DNA from: the human T2T-CHM13v2.0 reference genome, Homo sapiens
Assembly: GCF_009914755.1 (NCBI RefSeq)
Contig: NC_060926.1
Strand: one strand, 5' to 3'
Length of the DNA: 64,000 nucleotides
Below are positions 28,037 to 42,815 of the stretch, piece by piece (within the stretch, counting starts at the first letter, position 1; every line of letters starts with the position of its first letter). The notes below the pieces were generated by a model that saw nothing but the letters and a program-made list of their open reading frames with translations, was not told the origin of the DNA and ran no database searches. The translations under genes and the position numbers were made by a program.

Positions 28037-28342
28037 GCTGAGGCTAAGGACTTTGAAATTTACTTAAAAAGTATGTTTTCTTTGGTGAGATGTAAAAGAG
28101 TTCATGCAACTTTCTAAGACTGATTGTTGAACAATTTATCACATCTTTTGAGACTTTTAGCTTGTTAAATATTAAAACAACCCATTATTAATCCATTCCT
28201 ATTAAAATTATTTGTTATTATGAGAAATCTGATCCTGTTTGACCATGAAGAATATCAAGATAGTATTAGTCTCCCATTTAGTCAGTGGTTGAATTGACAA
28301 TTTTCTATTGTGTAACTCCATTGTATAAGTACATTTTCTGCT

Positions 28343-28881
28343 GTATATAGCCCATTTTCAATATGCCTCCCAATACCCCACTCCTGGTATTGATACCTTT
28401 GTACATACCACTCTCCCATTGTACCAGTATTGGTCTGACCAATAGAATACCACAGAAGTGATGGAAGTGACTTTTGAAATTAAGTTAAAAACACATTGGA
28501 GTTTCTATCTTGTTCTCTCTCAGAGAATCTGTTTTCTCTCTTGGGCCACTCACTCTGGGAGAAATAATTTTCTAAGTTACGGGATGCTATACAGTGAGGC
28601 CCACAGAGAAACTAACTGAGGTCTCCAGTGAAAAGCCAACAAGAAACTCAAGGTTCCACAAGCATCCAGGTAGATAAACTTGGCAGCAGATCCTTTAGGC
28701 CTCCTCACACCTTCCAAAGACTGTAGTCCTGCCCACAGTTTTCATGAGTGATGGAATCAGAAATACTAGTTAAGTTGCTCCCATAATTCGTATCCTCAGA
28801 AATTTTATGAGATAAGACATTTTTGTGGTTTAAAGTCTGAGTTTTGGGGTAATTTGCTATATAGAAATAGATAACCAATAA
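28343..28881 (+). mobile_element. MLT1 (F-like) LTR
   Basis: gaccaatagaataccacagaagtgatg, and the end ttttggggtaatttgctatatagaaatagataaccaat. Confidence 0.75.
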
Positions 28882-29481
28882 AATTCCTGATCAGAAGTTA
28901 TAATGTAATAAATTATAATTTTTCAGATACATTATTGGTAACTTGCAGAGGGTATGATAATGGGGAAAAACAACCCCTGTCATCAAGGTACTTACCAATG
29001 ATTATAGTACAAGTATAATAAGGTAAGTAACGTAAGTGAAGGGAAAGATTTTTGAGTATTTCCAGTATGTATGTGGGATAGGGGATTACCTCTAGAGGAG
29101 TGGAGAAAGAAAGCCATCCTTAGGTGGGTAGTCACTAAGTCTTGAAGGAAGAGTAGGATATTTCCAGGTGGTGTAAGAATATAAGATGCAAGCATTCCAC
29201 TCGTTGGGGACAGTGTTTAAAAAGGTCTGAGCTGAGAAATTGCAGGTGTGTTTGGTAACAGCACATGGTTCAAATGGATGAATAAAAGTGAAATTGATCC
29301 AAAGAAGGTGGCTGAGACCATTTTGGAGAACACTTAGAATATTTGGTGAGGAGTTAATTTTAACCAGAGTCCACTGGGGATTTCAAACTCATCTAGTAGG
29401 AAGCTGGGCTTCTAGCCTCAGCAATAGGCAGGTTCTTTTCCTGCCTTGTTTTCTTTATGGGCATCTCGTGACTAGGACTTC

Positions 29482-29483
<2 letters not shown>

Positions 29484-29517
<34 letters not shown>
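29484..29517. repeat. (CA)n microsatellite
   Basis: Read directly from the sequence. Confidence 0.95.
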
Positions 29518-29519
<2 letters not shown>

Positions 29520-29681
29520 TGACAGTTCAAGTCCTGGGAGTCATCAAAGTTTAAACTTTGACTGGCCCCTGTGCGAATAATGGATTCAAGGAAGAGAGAT
29601 AAGTATCCAAGTGATCTATCAGAAGATTATGCTAGACATCCAGAGAGAGAAAGCCTGAACTAATGCCAGTATTAACAATAT

Positions 29682-29821
29682 GACAGAGAGAGACAGAGAG
29701 AGAAAATGGGAGAGGGAGAGGGAGGGTGAGGGGAGAGGGAGGGGAAAGAGGAGGGGGAGAGGAAGGGAGAGAGGGAGAGGGAGGGGAGGGGGAGGGGGAG
29801 AGAGAAAAGGAGAAGGAGAGG
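29682..29821 (+). repeat. GA/GGGA purine-rich low-complexity repeat
   Basis: About 140 bp almost entirely A/G, with many GGG tracts. Confidence 0.9.
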
Positions 29822-30049
29822 ATCCAATATTAAGGACCTTGCAGAGGAAAAGTGTGACTTAGCATCATCATTAAATTGAATGATGTTCAGGGGGAAAACA
29901 CAGCCTTCTAAAGCAGAGATATGGTTCTATCAATTTTTTACTTAAACGGTTGTCATCTATCACCGTAAACATGGTCAAAATTCCTTTGCATTTCCTGCAA
30001 GAGCCTTCACCCCATCCCTGTCTTTTTGGCCTTGACTTCATTCTCTCTG

Positions 30050-30390
30050 TTCTGAATATAGCGGGATATTTTACAATTTCTGGGACTTGCCAAGCTTTCT
30101 CATACTCTGCTTTTAGTTCTTCCACTTAGATTTTTCTTTTCTGCCTGGCAGACTCTTCCTCTGCTTGAAGACCCGCCTAAAATGTGACCCTCTATTCATA
30201 GTCATATTTATTGCATCTTTATTTGTCGCACACTGTATTCATATTTTCTCTGTCAAATTTTGTGTTGCTTTGCAATTGTTATTTTATTAAGGTTTATTGT
30301 CTCTTTCCCTTGCCCGACTGTGAAGAGCTGAGAGATCTTAGTGCTTAGCACAAAGTAAGCACTCAAATATTGTTCAATTGCACTGAAACA
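30050..30390 (+). mobile_element. L2 3' fragment
   Basis: gactgtgaagagctgagag..gtgcttagcacaaagtaagcactcaaatatt. Confidence 0.6.
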
Positions 30391-32699
30391 GGAATAAAAA
30401 ATACCTGAGAATTGAAACCTGCAGATTGAAAAACAAAGTTGACAATGAATCCTGTTGCTGATGTTCCCTGATGCTTCCTCTTTTATTGCCCTTCCATGAA
30501 ATACCTCTGTCTGTCTGAGGGCTCCATCCTTAATCTCCCTCTGTGTTTTATTGTTAAGTGCCACATGAGATAAGCCAGGGACCGCAGGCTTGTCTGAGTT
30601 CAAAGCCAGGGTTTGTAACCACCGGACTCCACCACTGTATCTCTAGCTTGCCACCACTTGACTTGAACTTGGTTGGAACTGACCTATTCTAAGTCTGCTC
30701 ACCAACCTATCAGCTATGTACATTAAGGGGTGAATGCTGGTGATTAAAATGAGGTTACATTGTGGTTCTGTAGCCACTGCTCATTTGTCTTCTACTTTCT
30801 CCCCTGAGATCTTGAATTATAAAAGTCATTTTGTTTAACTTGACAGTAGCCCTTAGTCATAAAAATGACATTGTGCGTCTAAAGCACTGTCCCATTTAGG
30901 TGAGACCTGGGTTGGGTTTGTAATACTGAGAACAGGAAAAAAAATCCATAGGATAAATCATTTTAAGATTATAGTTTATTTAGGAAATATTTTTACAGAG
31001 AAGGATTTCTGGAAACGTTTTACAGATTTAGTTAGGAAGGAACAATTAAGAAGATTTTTTGGGCGGTAGGTATAGGTTAATGAACTAAAATGCCTAATCT
31101 ACTTAGAACTCTGAATTTGGTGTTGGGTAGAAGTCTTTGCTTTTGCTATATATTTTTTTCTTTTCTTATTGTTGTTCTCATGTCAGATATAGCTAAAAAG
31201 AAATGAGAACCTCTTGATGCAAAGTTGAGAGTAGCTTCACAATTCACCAGCTTCTTTGAGCGGGAACTAGGTACCAAGCTCTAGTCCAAGTGCTATTGAG
31301 AGGGACCTCCAAATAGGAGTAAAATAAGATTCCTGCTTTGGCTAAACTTACAGCCTGTTGAGGGAGCCGTTCTTTCCCTGAATCTTAAAACAACAAATAA
31401 TTGTGAGGGCATGCATATAGCTTAAATGAAACCAATATTTATTCTTTAACTTTAGTCTTTACCATATGCTAAAATTTTAAAGAGGAGGTCACACTGTGGG
31501 GATGTGGCTAAAAGAACTAGAAACAGGACTTAATACTTGCAAGGACTCTCACCAGAGAAGAGAATGCTAATTGAGAATGACACAGGGTATTCTGTTCTCT
31601 TTTTGTTTGTTCATTTTATTTTTAACCGAGATTCTCTTGCCAGCACCCCACATGTTTAGACGTAGGGAGCAGGTAAAAAGATGACTGTGAATTTGGGGAT
31701 GGCAGTTTTACATGTGCAATGCTCCAAAAAAGCTTTTATTCCCTTGCTTTATGCTTACAGATATGGATGTCCATCAGTTTTCAATTAGTCAATATGCAAA
31801 CCTCTGCCAAGTGGACCAAAGTTCACAGTGTGCTCTGATGTAGTGTTACTAGGCAGGCCAGATTCCGCCCATCATGGGCAAAGGTGCCCCACATCTCAGG
31901 AGCAAGAGCAGCAAAATAGCACTGTGTATTCTGGGAAAGGTTGCAGCCTGCTTTGCATTCAGAAATTGAAGCTTTGCACTTGGGGGAAAAGATTCAAAGG
32001 AAACAAAACAGAATGAAATGGAAGCAAAATGTTGGCAAAACTCAAATTGCATTGGATTTATACTTATTGGATTTTTGAAGTAAGCTGACAAGAAAAATTA
32101 CCTTCATTGCAAATCACTGAAGGGCTTTTCTATAGAATAAACACACTCACAGAGAAGAGCTAATTCAAAGGAAGCTTCAATATGTTAATATAATAATTAA
32201 GCAGTAAGGCACAACAGGCGGCCCATTTCCAAGGAGCGCAGCCTGCCTCAGGTGGAGTATAAGGTACCAGGCTGAAGGCTAAATGACTTTAACCACCTGA
32301 GATTGCCTATAATCATTTTAAAATATGATATGAGGTGTTGGAAGGTATTTACCCATGCAAATAAGGGGAAAGAACCAAATTCTCTGTATATTGTGGGTAG
32401 TCTTTAGGAGTTGAATTATTGGAATCAGCCTGAAAACTTGGAAACTTAAGTGCCTTTAATTGGAGTCTACATTTTCCCATGTTCTTGGTGGTCTTTTTTC
32501 TTTTCTGTGTATCTCATTCTCTCATCCTTTTATTTGAAACTTCCTCAGGCCAAAATTATATTTTGTTTGAAAAACTTGTGCAATGCCATTTGGTTTATTA
32601 GTTGTGTGTGTGCATTTAAAGTGTTTTTTTTTTTTTTTTTCCTTAAGTAGCTAATCAGCCTAGTACTTGGGTAGCTTCATTTATCATGAAGTAGATTAG

Positions 32700-32830
32700 A
32701 ACCATCTTTCACAAACTTTACTAGGCACAGAATCGTCTGGGATCTTGTTAAGATGCAGACTGATTCAGTAAGTCTGGGGTGGAGCCTGAGATCTTGCATT
32801 TCTAAAAAGCTCCCAGGAGATTACAACGTA
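32700..32830. mobile_element. MER5A fragment
   Basis: gattcagtaagtctggggtggagcctgagatcttgcatttctaaaaagctcccagg. Confidence 0.8.
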
Positions 32831-34792
32831 AACAGCAAAGTCTATTGTGTCTTTTAAATATCAGGGAGCCCTGTAATGATAGGAATAGGGCTGTTAGATA
32901 GGAACAGAAGGGAGGTGAAAAGACCAATGTTTTCAAGCAGTTGACTTTATTTTCTGCTTTTTGATGATTGATCTTATAAGGAAGAAATGACAGAACATGA
33001 ACCATGACCTTGCTGGGGATTTATAGATAAACATATTTGTCTTATTTTGGGTCTAGTTGATATAGTTGAAGACAAGAGAATTCCATTTTGATACACATGT
33101 CATCAGAGTGTCATAAGCCAGTGGTGTATTATTGCTTTGGAGCTTTGTTGGCAGTTCAAGTTTTGTTCAGGTAAGTGTTGATTAGAAATAGATCAAGAGA
33201 AAGTGAAACCTCTGGTTTTAACTAAATGGGCAGAATGGATTTTGTGCATGGCTGGTGTCTGTAGACACCTGATGCTCTCCTCCTGCATTGTGGTGCTCTG
33301 TTATAGCTGTGGATTTCTTTGGACTCTAAAGGTAATGTGAACGTGAGTTCTAGAAATCCATAGTAAATGAAACTGGTAAGAAAAACAAGACAAATACTAC
33401 TTTCCTGAATTCCTCGTAAATGGAAACAAATGATGTTTCCCTTTGTCAGTTTATTTTGTCTTGTTTTTGTTTTTCCAAATAAGAAATGTCCGGGAGGGGA
33501 AGTGCTAAGTATCCTGAGCCCTCAATGGGAAGCACACTGCATCTCCAGCTTCTTACTGCAGCAATGTGGAATCCTGAATATTTAGCACTAATAATGGGCT
33601 TGTCAACGTAAAGTCCTAAGGAGGAATGATTCTTTCCTGAGATGCTTTTAAAAATTTAATTGGCTTCTATTTTCAAGTTGACTCCAACTCAATTGTGTTT
33701 CCTTAAAGCAGCAACAAGTATCTGAGAAACTAAAGTGTGGTCTCCCATAAATTTGCTAACTGACTCAGAAATATTTCTAGGTGCTGGTACCTGCTCTTCA
33801 TCCTCTTTGCATCTGCTTGGTTAAGTTCCTTGTTATTTTTCCTCCTGTGGGCTATTGTCCTCGCAAGTGGTGGAGAATTCCATGGAATGTTGTTCCCACA
33901 GTAGTCCATGAAAATGGCACTCTCATGGAATTGTGCAGTGCACAGCCTCTGTAGCCCTACACAAGGGCACTCTCTCTAATGGTGGCCTTTGCCCCTTTAG
34001 GAGTGACCCTTGAACACTTTCCCCAAAGTTGTTATTATAAAAATTACATAAATTAATGCTTAATTAGCTCTCTATTCCCTTCAGGCCAAAACCTTCACAT
34101 CACAGGCCATCCTAGTCCTAATTACACCTGCAGTTTCATCTTCTGTCACCCTACCCAAGTCTAAGGCACTGGTTGTCTAACCTGGCCCACACCTCTTCCT
34201 TTGCAAGTCGTTTCTCCTGCCTGGAACTTTAATCAGATGTCTCTTCCTCTAGGATCTTTCTCTAATGTTGTTGAACAAATTTAGTTGCCCATTTTGTTAG
34301 TTCTTCCATACTCTCACCTATTTATACCTATATGTCTGATTACATTGTGTTGAAGTTATATTTGTGGCTATTATCCCTACAAAACAGTTCTATCTTTAAT
34401 TTCTTATTTGTATAGCCCCAGAAGACAATTTGGCTTTGATATCTGACTTCTGAAGGTTGACTTCACTAATCCTGCCAGTTAGGGTGGTGTCCCCTTCCTT
34501 ACTTGACACTTCTGCATGTGACATTCTCTTATCCTGCATGATGGGGTGCTGATGGCAGCTTTCTCAGAGAGAGGACAAAAAACAGGATACAGGACTGCCG
34601 TGACCCATTAACACAGCCTCCCCCTAAATCTTTCAAATCCTCAAGTGTCATGTGACTTGGTACATTCCACATAATCACTATTATTGATTATTTTTACAAG
34701 AATAAAAATGCTAACACTTACTGAAGATAAGTTGTTAATACCAGGTGTTAAGTATTTTTATGCATGATCTTCTTTAATCCTCATCCATCCCC

Positions 34793-35044
34793 AGAGGCAG
34801 ATATACCATGAAGCTAATGAAGTTTAAATTTCAAGGCTATTTACTTACAAGGACCCCTCCCAATGCTGTTTTTTAAGTTCTCATTAAGAAAAAAAGAAAT
34901 GTAATTCTGTTTCTCATTCTAAATGAGCATTCTCTTCCATACCTAATTTCCTATTAATAATTTTGTATATACCTGTATTTTTTTCCTAAAAAGGCCCCCC
35001 AAATTGCATAAGCCCCAAGTCCTACAAAACCAGATTTACCTTGC
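34793..35044 (-). mobile_element. MER53-like hAT element
   Basis: Reverse complement reads ..ggttttgtaggac..cttatgcaatttggggggcc..ttagaatgagaaa. Degenerate TIRs. Confidence 0.6.
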
Positions 35045-35057
35045 TTGGCTCTGTATA

Positions 35058-35390
35058 CAGAGGTCCCCAAACCCCAGGCCATGGGCTAGTACCAGTCTGT
35101 GGCCTGGTAGGAAGCAGGCTGCACAGCAGGAGGTGACCAGAGGTGGGTAGGCATTACCGCCTGAGCTCCACCTCATGTCAGACCGCGGCTGCATTAGATT
35201 CTCATAGAAGTGCAAACCCTATTGTGAACTGCACATGTGAGGAATCTAGGGTACACATTCCTTATGAGAATCTAATGTCTGATGATCTTCTGAGGTGGAA
35301 CAGTGTCATCCTGAAATCATCCTCCCTGGTCCATGGAAAAATCATCTTCTACGAAACTGTCCCTGGTGCCAAAATGGTTGGGGACCACTG
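35058..35390 (+). mobile_element. MER1B hAT-Charlie element
   Basis: TIRs cagaggtccccaa / ttggggaccactg; internal gcattagattctcatag and ccttatgagaatctaatg. Confidence 0.9.
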
Positions 35391-37038
35391 CTCTATGAGG
35401 TAGGTACTGTAAAACACCTCTAAAATACCAAAAGTGTGTCTAGAAAAATTAATCACAGAAAATGCAGGGTTGTATTATTGCAAAATCAATGAAAATAATG
35501 TTTTTTACTTGGCCTATTCTATCACAAAAAGCACAAAACTTGAGATGTTGAGATTTATATTAGAACAAGTGACCATATACTGACCTGAAAGAGTCCCACA
35601 TGACGACAAGCAATCACTTATGCAACCCCAATCCTGTTTGGCCAGCCTTCATTTGAGGATGGGAACTGGGTGAAGACTGATAGCTAGTCACCTACAAACG
35701 TAATCAAATATGATTTTTCATTTTACCAGGGTTTTACTTAGTATGTGTGCTTATTTCATATATAATAACTAAGAATCAGAGAAGTTAACTAACTTATCAA
35801 AAATTACATAGTGATTGAGCTCAGATAAACACATATCTCTGGCATCCAAATTGAAGTCTATCTCTATGTTTGCAGGTTGATTTAATATCTAAAATACAAG
35901 TGAATAGAGAACATAATGATTGACTTCCTTCCAATCCCTTTTGTTGCTCCCTCTAGAATGTCCTTATGTGAACTTTTTCCCCATGGCCCCAGAGAGGAGT
36001 GAGGCCTGTTGAAGGTCATGATGAAAATGTTGAGGCCTGTCCTGCTTCTTTTTTTTACTCCTGAAATCCTGTTTTTGACTGCCATTAAGACTTTGGAATT
36101 GGTCTGGCTCATTTATTTAATTATTGTAAGTCGAATTTCCAAAATTTCTTAAAAATAAGACTTTGACCCATCTGGACTCCGGCCTCCCCTGTTCTGACTC
36201 TTGATTATTTTGCTTTCTATTGTTTAGTTTGGGACCTTTGGTCCTTTCTGTTTCCCTCTTCTACTTTTCACCCTAGCTTGGCTTTGTAGGTTCTTTCCAC
36301 AAGTAATTTATTTGACCTGGGCTCTGGAATATGACCCTGAAACCTCTTCTTACCCAGACACACATCACTCTCTGGTATCCTCATGGATATCCCTTAACAG
36401 GCAGGAACTAGCAGAATTCATCTTATGTAAGATCTGTGACACAAATTAGGCACACATCGTAATATATAGGATTTTACCAGGGATAAGGCATTCCCTTTAT
36501 TGGTTTCTTTTCTAAACTATAAATGAAACAGCCACCAGTGAAATAAAATATTCCTACTCAACCTTGTCTTGGAAAATCTAACATGTATGTCAGCACAGAG
36601 GCATTTTTTCAGACAAACATTAGTTGTCTTGAATTTGGAAAATTTGATCTTCTGATGGAAATAATCCTCAAATGTTATTTCTTTTCTGTCTTCTTTGATG
36701 TGCTACACTGAAGAAACTCTTCTAACGATTTCCTGGTGACTCGGGATCATCATAGTCAACATCAGCTATCTTGTTTGGCAAAAACTTCGTGATACCCTCA
36801 CTAAAGGCATCTCTATTTAATGCAGAACAAAATATTTGTCACTCATATTTATTGTAGTGGTGTTCACACTTAGGCTAGTGATTGAAGCTCCTACACTAAA
36901 TGACCCTAGAATGCTATGCAACTGATTGTTATCACTATTTTGTTTCATTTCTTCGTCTTTTCTGAAGCTGTCAGCTATTGTTTCTTGCTTTCTTCTGTAA
37001 GCCAGCCTTTAACAAAGGTTAGTGCTCTGCATCTAGAA

Positions 37039-37254
37039 CAACAGTTAACAGGAGCAATTTTGCCCCTCAGGGCACACTTCGTAAGTATGGAGACATTTTT
37101 AATTGTCACTATTTAACAGCGGGGAGGACATTACTGGCATCTAGTGGGTGGAGGTCAGGAATGTTGCTAAACCTCTTATAATGCACAAGATAGACCTCCA
37201 CAACAAAGATTATCTGGGTCAAAATGACAGTATTGTCCAGGTTGAGAAATGCCG
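37039..37254 (+). mobile_element. MER20
   Basis: tactggcatctagtgggtggaggtcagg..gttgagaaat. Degenerate 8-bp TSD atctagaa/ttctagga. Confidence 0.85.
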
Positions 37255-37709
37255 TTCTAGGATTGTGGAAAAGTAAGTAAGTTCTAAAGGCAGACCCAAG
37301 AGGTTTGTTTAATGCTATTTTTAAAAAGTGTATAATGGTGGCCCATGGTCATTGTTAAGGTCAGGGTCTAGCTTCATTTACTTCTTAAGAACAAACATGT
37401 CCTTGTGGATTGAGGTCCTTTGACCTCCAGCTGAGTGAACCATTAGTATTTGCCCTTAAGTTAACATATTCAATACCTGTGTGCGCACACAAACTACTTT
37501 CCTTTAAAGAAGAGTAGTTTGCTTTTTTTTTTCTCTTCTGTAGTTAGGTGGCTCAAATGTCATTGCTACATTAAAAAATATATCATTCCAGTTTAAACAC
37601 CATAGTGTGTATATAGTATATTTTAAATATCTATTTAAAACTACTTTTATGCTGACAGCAACCTAATTGTTTAAATCATAAGTTTTTTTTTTCTGCTGTG
37701 ATTTGATAG

Positions 37710-38070
<361 letters not shown>

Positions 38071-41000
38071 AATCCTCCCTACTTTTTTAAACCACATTCT
38101 TTGGGAAACATTATTTTGACCCACAAAAGTGTAAAATGTCTATAGTGACATAGCTATTTTTAAAGTTTATTCAAATGAAAGTTAATTGGTTGTAATCTTT
38201 TTATTCTTCATCCTTTCTCATAGCTTTTCCAATAGTTAGAGGTCACTGACCCCAAGGAGAATCTTGCCACCTAGGGTTTGGGCCTGCCTGAACCCTACAA
38301 AGTGCACGAGTTCTGACCTGCTCACTTAATGGTGCTCAACTTAGGACATCATTTTTTTCTTTTCAGTTGTAGAATAAAGACAAATTGCATTTTCTCAACT
38401 CCAGTCTAAACTCAGTGAAGGTTTATTCTGCTTTACTAGATTGGGAAGTATAATTATTTTATTTAAATTATTTTACACAGATATGTAAATCATTTTCTAT
38501 AATAATATATAGCATATATCTTACCAGATATCAATATATAGCAACGCATAAGATAGGGAAATACTTTTTTTTAACAATGCATATTTGGCTAATTTGACTT
38601 AATTCCCATGCATTTTATCAATTATGTACATTTATTTAGTGCATGAAAAGTGTAACAATTAATATTGAAGTGTAAATGAGTATGCATGTTCTTCCACTGT
38701 TTTATTCAAATGTGATGTGTCAAAATCAATTTGATATGAAAATCAGAGTGATAGATGAGAGTGATAAATTTAAGGGATGCACAGTACAATATGGAATTTT
38801 GTCAATCTCTAAGTAGCATTTCAAAAGAAAAAGTATTACTTTTAATTATAGCGATTTCTTTCTGATCTTGATGCACATGAAATTGATCAGATATATAAAT
38901 GGGGGTGATACATTCAGAGAGAAAACTTAACCTATATAAACTGTGACTTTTGTGCAAATATTCATGCCATTTTTCTTGTTCATATAAAATTTAAAGAAAT
39001 TCTGAAAGTAAAGTGATCCAATAAAACTTCAAATAATTTTTGAGAATTCTTGCTAGTTTTTAAAAGTTGCTGTTTCATAAGCATATTTTCTAAGTTTTTA
39101 TTTTCCTTTGGAAAGTTACCATAAAATTTTGCTCATGTTTAAGATTTTTAAAGGCTGCCTCAGTATTTTTGCATATTGTTTATTGTCATTTTTAAATGAA
39201 AAGTATTCTTTATGTGTCTGTTGTGACATTTGTAATTTTAAAATAAGAAAAAAATTATGTTTCTTGAGGTCTTAGAAATCATACTGTTAAATATAATAAT
39301 CCCATTGTTGAGTCCTCCAAGAACTAAGCAAAAGTAGGGAAAGGGCACAAGATCGTTCAGTATGATCTGTCCTCTGCTTTACAGGTCAACTTGCAGTTGC
39401 ATATTAATACAGTATTTTTAACTTAGAAAATATAAAGGTTTTACTTAAAAAGAAAAATGTCATTGTTGTCTGCTGAAAATATTTCTGAAGATGAAGTTTT
39501 CAGAAAAGATTAAAGAAGGATAAAAATAATTGATGATTCTCTTATTCATTTTTGGAGAAAAAATACATAGTTATTGTCTCACATAAAAGTTTTTCTTAGA
39601 AAACTGCACTTACATCTCAAAAATTATTGTCGTATGGAAACATTAACATATGAAGTATTAATACATGTAAAGTTTTCTTGTAGTTGGAAAGCTAAGTCTA
39701 TTTTAAATAACTTTTCTTAACATCCCTCCCATCTTTATATATACATTTTTAAACAGTCATAAACAAGGCAATATTTCCTGGAACAAAGCTAGAATACAGC
39801 TAGTTAAACACAGCTCATATTGTGAATTAGACTTCTTCCTAAAGTGTCAAAATACAAAGTGCTGATATTTTAATGTGATGGTCAAAACCTTCAATAATCA
39901 TTTGGCTTTTATATTCCCTTTTTCCTGATACATGTCTCTTTAACCACATATTTTACCAGTTTTTACACAGGAAAAAAAAAGTTGTTTTTACTAACCCTTC
40001 ACTGTCACCAAGAAAGATGTACCTAAATTTAACATAGTTAGAAAATATTGATATCAAATTAAAATACCATATTCTCTATGCATTCAAGTGATTTAGAACT
40101 TTCTCATTTTCTCGTTACACTTAGATTTCATATCAGATCGATGGAGAAGTCAATCTCTTTTAATTGTTCCCTTCAGTACTATGAGACGCAGATTCTCTGA
40201 TAAGTTTTGAGCATGTGTTTTCACACAGGGCTTACCAAAAGTTTAAGATTCAGCCTAAAGAGTACAAATTTAGATGCCCTTATTCACTGTAGCTGCAAAT
40301 TGCACTATGTAAAGTGAGTGCATTGCACATCTAGAAAAATCTGCTCTGAGCTTCCCTAAGACGATGCTGAAATGCTGCATTATAAATTCTAAAATGAATT
40401 AATGAAGAACAACACTGGAGATGAAATGTATATGTGTGTGTATCACAGCTAACATGGCAACTGGAATACAAAGCCTTTTTTTCTCACATTTTGCCAGCCG
40501 TAGCATAAGCTTCCCACAGAGGATGGGGATTAACAGCCTGTCTCCTCTGAGGTGGAGGAAGTTTTGAGTCGAATAAAATGTAGAATCTGCAAATGGAGCT
40601 CTGAAATGATGTAGTTAACGTTACATATGTAGTCTATTATGGTAACTGGGAACATGTGTGTCATAATGTTGGGCAAACCTATTCTAAAAATGGCAGAGAA
40701 CAGAACAAAAACTGACCCCCAAATTCTGCTCAAGACCCATCATCCGAATGAGACACACTTTTAGGAAAGATTTGATGGAGCACCATTTTCCCCCTGTCCA
40801 CCAAGCTTATCCCTACCTTTTCTACCCATCCTCACTTACCCCTCCTATTTTTTAGGTATATTTTTCATTTTTCAATTTGAATGACTAATTTTCCCTATCA
40901 TGCTGGAGTGCCAGTGTGTCTTTAAGTACTAGGCATTTCTGAACCCACGGATATCTTTAAATATCATGAACTTGAAATATCTCCCAAGAAAAAATAAAGG

Positions 41001-42526
41001 AAATGTTCTGACACAAGGACCTGAAAGAATCTAGGGGACTGGCAGACGTCAAGGCTTTTAGACTTAAGGAGACCCCGACCATGCATTTGGCACCTTGATC
41101 ACTTATATCACTGGTTAAAACCTCTGATGCTGTTTGTGCTCAGGTATTTGTAGGCCTTTCTGAAATCATTTGAAAGAGAACATAATGAGAAAAGGGGAGT
41201 AAGTACAAATGTGGAAATGATAGCTCGATTGCATCTAAGGAATGAGTAAGTGCAGAGTAGAAAATAAGTGCTGAAAAATTAGAGCATATAAAATAATTAG
41301 ACCAAGTACCAAGAAAAGGAAAGAAGCAAACATTTTAAAATGTGAGTGGGATAAAACATGGCAGATTGTACAGATTCTGAGTACAGATGCATTGATGTAA
41401 TAAAGTTAATTTGAAATTTGTCCAAATTTTTTGATTCTTTTGGGGTCTTCTATTTTTTCTTCTCATTGTTTTGATGACTTTTGCTTGTTTAGACTTTTAT
41501 TGATTTCTATTTATTATTCATCCTAGGATGTGAACCTGTCTTGATACAATATACTTAAAAAAATTGTCAGTAACCTCTTATTGGTGCTTTTGTAAATAGC
41601 TGTGTTTTAACCTCAGTTTTTGGGTACACCACCCCTATTCATTTTCTAGGGATTCCAGAATGCTGGCTCATCAGCAGAGATGTTTTTGAATTGAGAGGAG
41701 TGGGGTGGCAAAAATATAATCTGTAGTCAGTGTATAGGTAGAAATTTAGGTGGAGGGTGAGCACATGATACTCGGGGATTGTTCACGCTGTCACATGCTC
41801 CTCAAAAAGATAGACAAGAATAGGCAAATCACTACCTCCCCTCCTTCCTTACATTGCTACCCCAATAGCTCTAACAGACATGGAAATTTACAGGATAAAT
41901 GCCAGGTAATACTTGCCAAGGGAAAAAATAGAATTTCTAACTTTAAATCCAACTGGTTACTATGCCTTGCCAATCGTTTCTCTGAAATATCTTTACAGCA
42001 TTCTTTATCTCTGTCATTCTTGTAGCTAAGTGCAGTCCTCCTTTCTACTTGCCATTTCCACTGCTTCTTTCTGCTACGTTTTCTTTGCTGCTTTTGTCCC
42101 TTCTCATTTCAATTCACTTTATGAACATTTGCCAATTTAATATTCCCATGAAACCTCTCCTGCAATGTAAAATGTCATATCCTTTCTCAAAAATTTCAGA
42201 AACTTTAACCAAACGTCTTTAGTGGATACTCTCAATGCACTCTCCTGATATGGTTCTACTTTTTCTTTTTCTTTTTTTTTAAACAAACTTGCCTCCTAAT
42301 GCGTAGTTTTAGGTTCCCTTCCTCTAGTCAAATGGTCCCACTCTTGTCCAAACTCAATTCATAGTGTGCCTCTCTCCCGCCTTTGCTTTTTCTGGTCCTG
42401 GGCCTAATAAACCTGCCTCCTCCACTGTCTTGCATTCCGTGGGGCCATGATGTTCCATGACCGTTTATTCCATGTAGTCTTCCCTGATCCTTCCACTGAA
42501 ATAATATTGAAATTTTTATATTTGCA

Positions 42527-42815
42527 CTTTTTTTTTTTTTTTTTTTTGAGGCAAGGTCTCACTCCGTCATCCAGGCTGAAGTGCAGTGGTGCGATTATGG
42601 CTCACTGCATTCCTGACCTACAGGGCTCAAGTCATCCTCCCACGTAGCTGAGACCACAGTGTTGTGCTACCATGCCTGGCTAATTTTTAAATTTTGTTTA
42701 GAGACAAAGTCTTCCTATATTGCTCAGGCTAGTCTCAAACTCATGGATTCAAGCATTCCTCCCGCCTCGGCCTCTCAAAGTGATGGGATTTCAGGATGAG
42801 CCTCTGTGCCCAGCC
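42527..42815 (-). mobile_element. AluJ, within L2-like sequence
   Basis: Poly-T followed by a diverged AluJ (gggctcaagtcatcctcccac). Confidence 0.9.

Noticed and set aside
29680-29862. RG/RE-rich ORF
   Set aside because: Translation of a GA/GGGA simple repeat.
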